From Candidatus Latescibacterota bacterium (GTDB lineage Bacteria > Latescibacterota > UBA2968): DNA of 59,391 bases. The translations under genes and the position numbers were made by a program. Positions 58,714-59,391 of the stretch are shown here, piece by piece (the stretch's first letter is position 1; each line of letters begins with the position of its first letter). The DNA lies in contig JAYODI010000007.1 in the NCBI GenBank assembly GCA_038279365.1, positions 74,726-134,116 of the forward strand, in the 5' to 3' direction. Under the pieces are notes generated by a model. The model saw only the letters and a program-made list of their open reading frames with translations, did not search any database and was not told the DNA's origin.

Positions 58714-59391
58714 CTATCCGCCATCTGTAGAGTACAAATCCATATTCACACCCTCTCGTAATTGAACACCCAACAATTGCCGTCGCATAGGAGAAGCCCC
58801 GTCGATCAAACGCTGGCAACGATTGCCCGTATAATATCCTGCTTGCTTGATCCACCAAGGAATGAACACCAAAAAAATCACAGGCCGATCTTTCTCCCCT
58901 TTGGCATGATATCCCGCCCGATGCATGCTGGCAGCACCAAAGGCCAATAGAGATCCAGGTTTGGCCAAAAAATCTATCTTGTTTGAATAGAATGCTTCGC
59001 CTTTATAAATGTCCAAATTACTGGTCGGCACAATACCCGTAGGGCCGCGCGTTATCCCCACCTCATCAATATAAATACACACCTTAACAAACATATTTGG
59101 GCAATGACGCCCAATGCTCATCTTATCTCGATGCCAAGATCCTGCCGTATCTGTACCTTTTGAAACCAACACTTCATTGGCATAAAGCTGAACATCTGCG
59201 CCAATAATTTCTTCCATACCCGCCAAAATAACCGGATTGTCCAAAAGCTCTGCAAAGGCATCATCAAATTCGATAATATTGGGATAATAATCTTGATGTG
59301 GTTTGCGATATTCTGCTTCCCCTTTTGCCATCAAACGATCCATGGCCACTCTCAGTCGCACGAGATGATCATCAGCGATCACATTCTCTTC
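58714..59391 (-). CDS. PhyH-family dioxygenase, probably 5'-truncated by the window edge
   Basis: WHRD, GPTGIVPTS, MHRA, SPMRRQLLG; the frame is open to the edge. Confidence 0.8.
   Translation of the reverse strand, partial: EENVIADDHLVRLRVAMDRLMAKGEAEYRKPHQDYYPNIIEFDDAFAELLDNPVILAGMEEIIGADVQLYANEVLVSKGTDTAGSWHRDKMSIGRHCPNMFVKVCIYIDEVGITRGPTGIVPTSNLDIYKGEAFYSNKIDFLAKPGSLLAFGAASMHRAGYHAKGEKDRPVIFLVFIPWWIKQAGYYTGNRCQRLIDGASPMRRQLLGVQLREGVNMDLYSTDGG

Overview
A 59.4 kb stretch of bacterial chromosome from a diderm organism. The + strand is visibly C/A-rich throughout. Paralogues of sulfatase, PhyH dioxygenase, Gfo/Idh/MocA and VOC genes, plus an FCB-type SecA, are compatible with a Latescibacterota/Poribacteria-like lineage; this is inference only. 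Left to right, the window holds: (1) a minus-strand operon of SpoIVB/S55 peptidase, beta-propeller partner, reductase-only ribD, ribE, ribBA, ribH, nusB and a metallophosphoesterase, followed by the secA 5' end; (2) a probably leaderless rlmH; (3) a disrupted hybrid histidine kinase and a dsbD with an in-frame stop; (4) a propeller-SpoIIE phosphatase, an orphan fliG, an ankyrin protein, two tiny membrane peptides, a sulfatase, an Rsm22-like methyltransferase and a PEP-utilising enzyme; (5) a Na+/pH/bicarbonate island (sigma factor-sbtA-sbtB; CMK-like-small protein-Ca2+/Na+ antiporter; nhaR-Do protease; nhaA) whose three + strand promoters share one LysR-type operator layout; (6) VOC, GFA and galM genes, a small-ORF unit, PhyH dioxygenases (one with a halogenase-like HxG motif), a duplicated Gfo/Idh/MocA pair with 8-mer repeats and a cloverleaf insertion, an enolase-family dehydratase, an amidase, hydrolases and pepA; (7) three tandem outer-membrane beta-barrels, epmA and a sigma-54 two-component pair. 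I saw no rRNA, tRNA, CRISPR array, integrase or transposase. All calls come from reading motifs by eye; no database searches were run.
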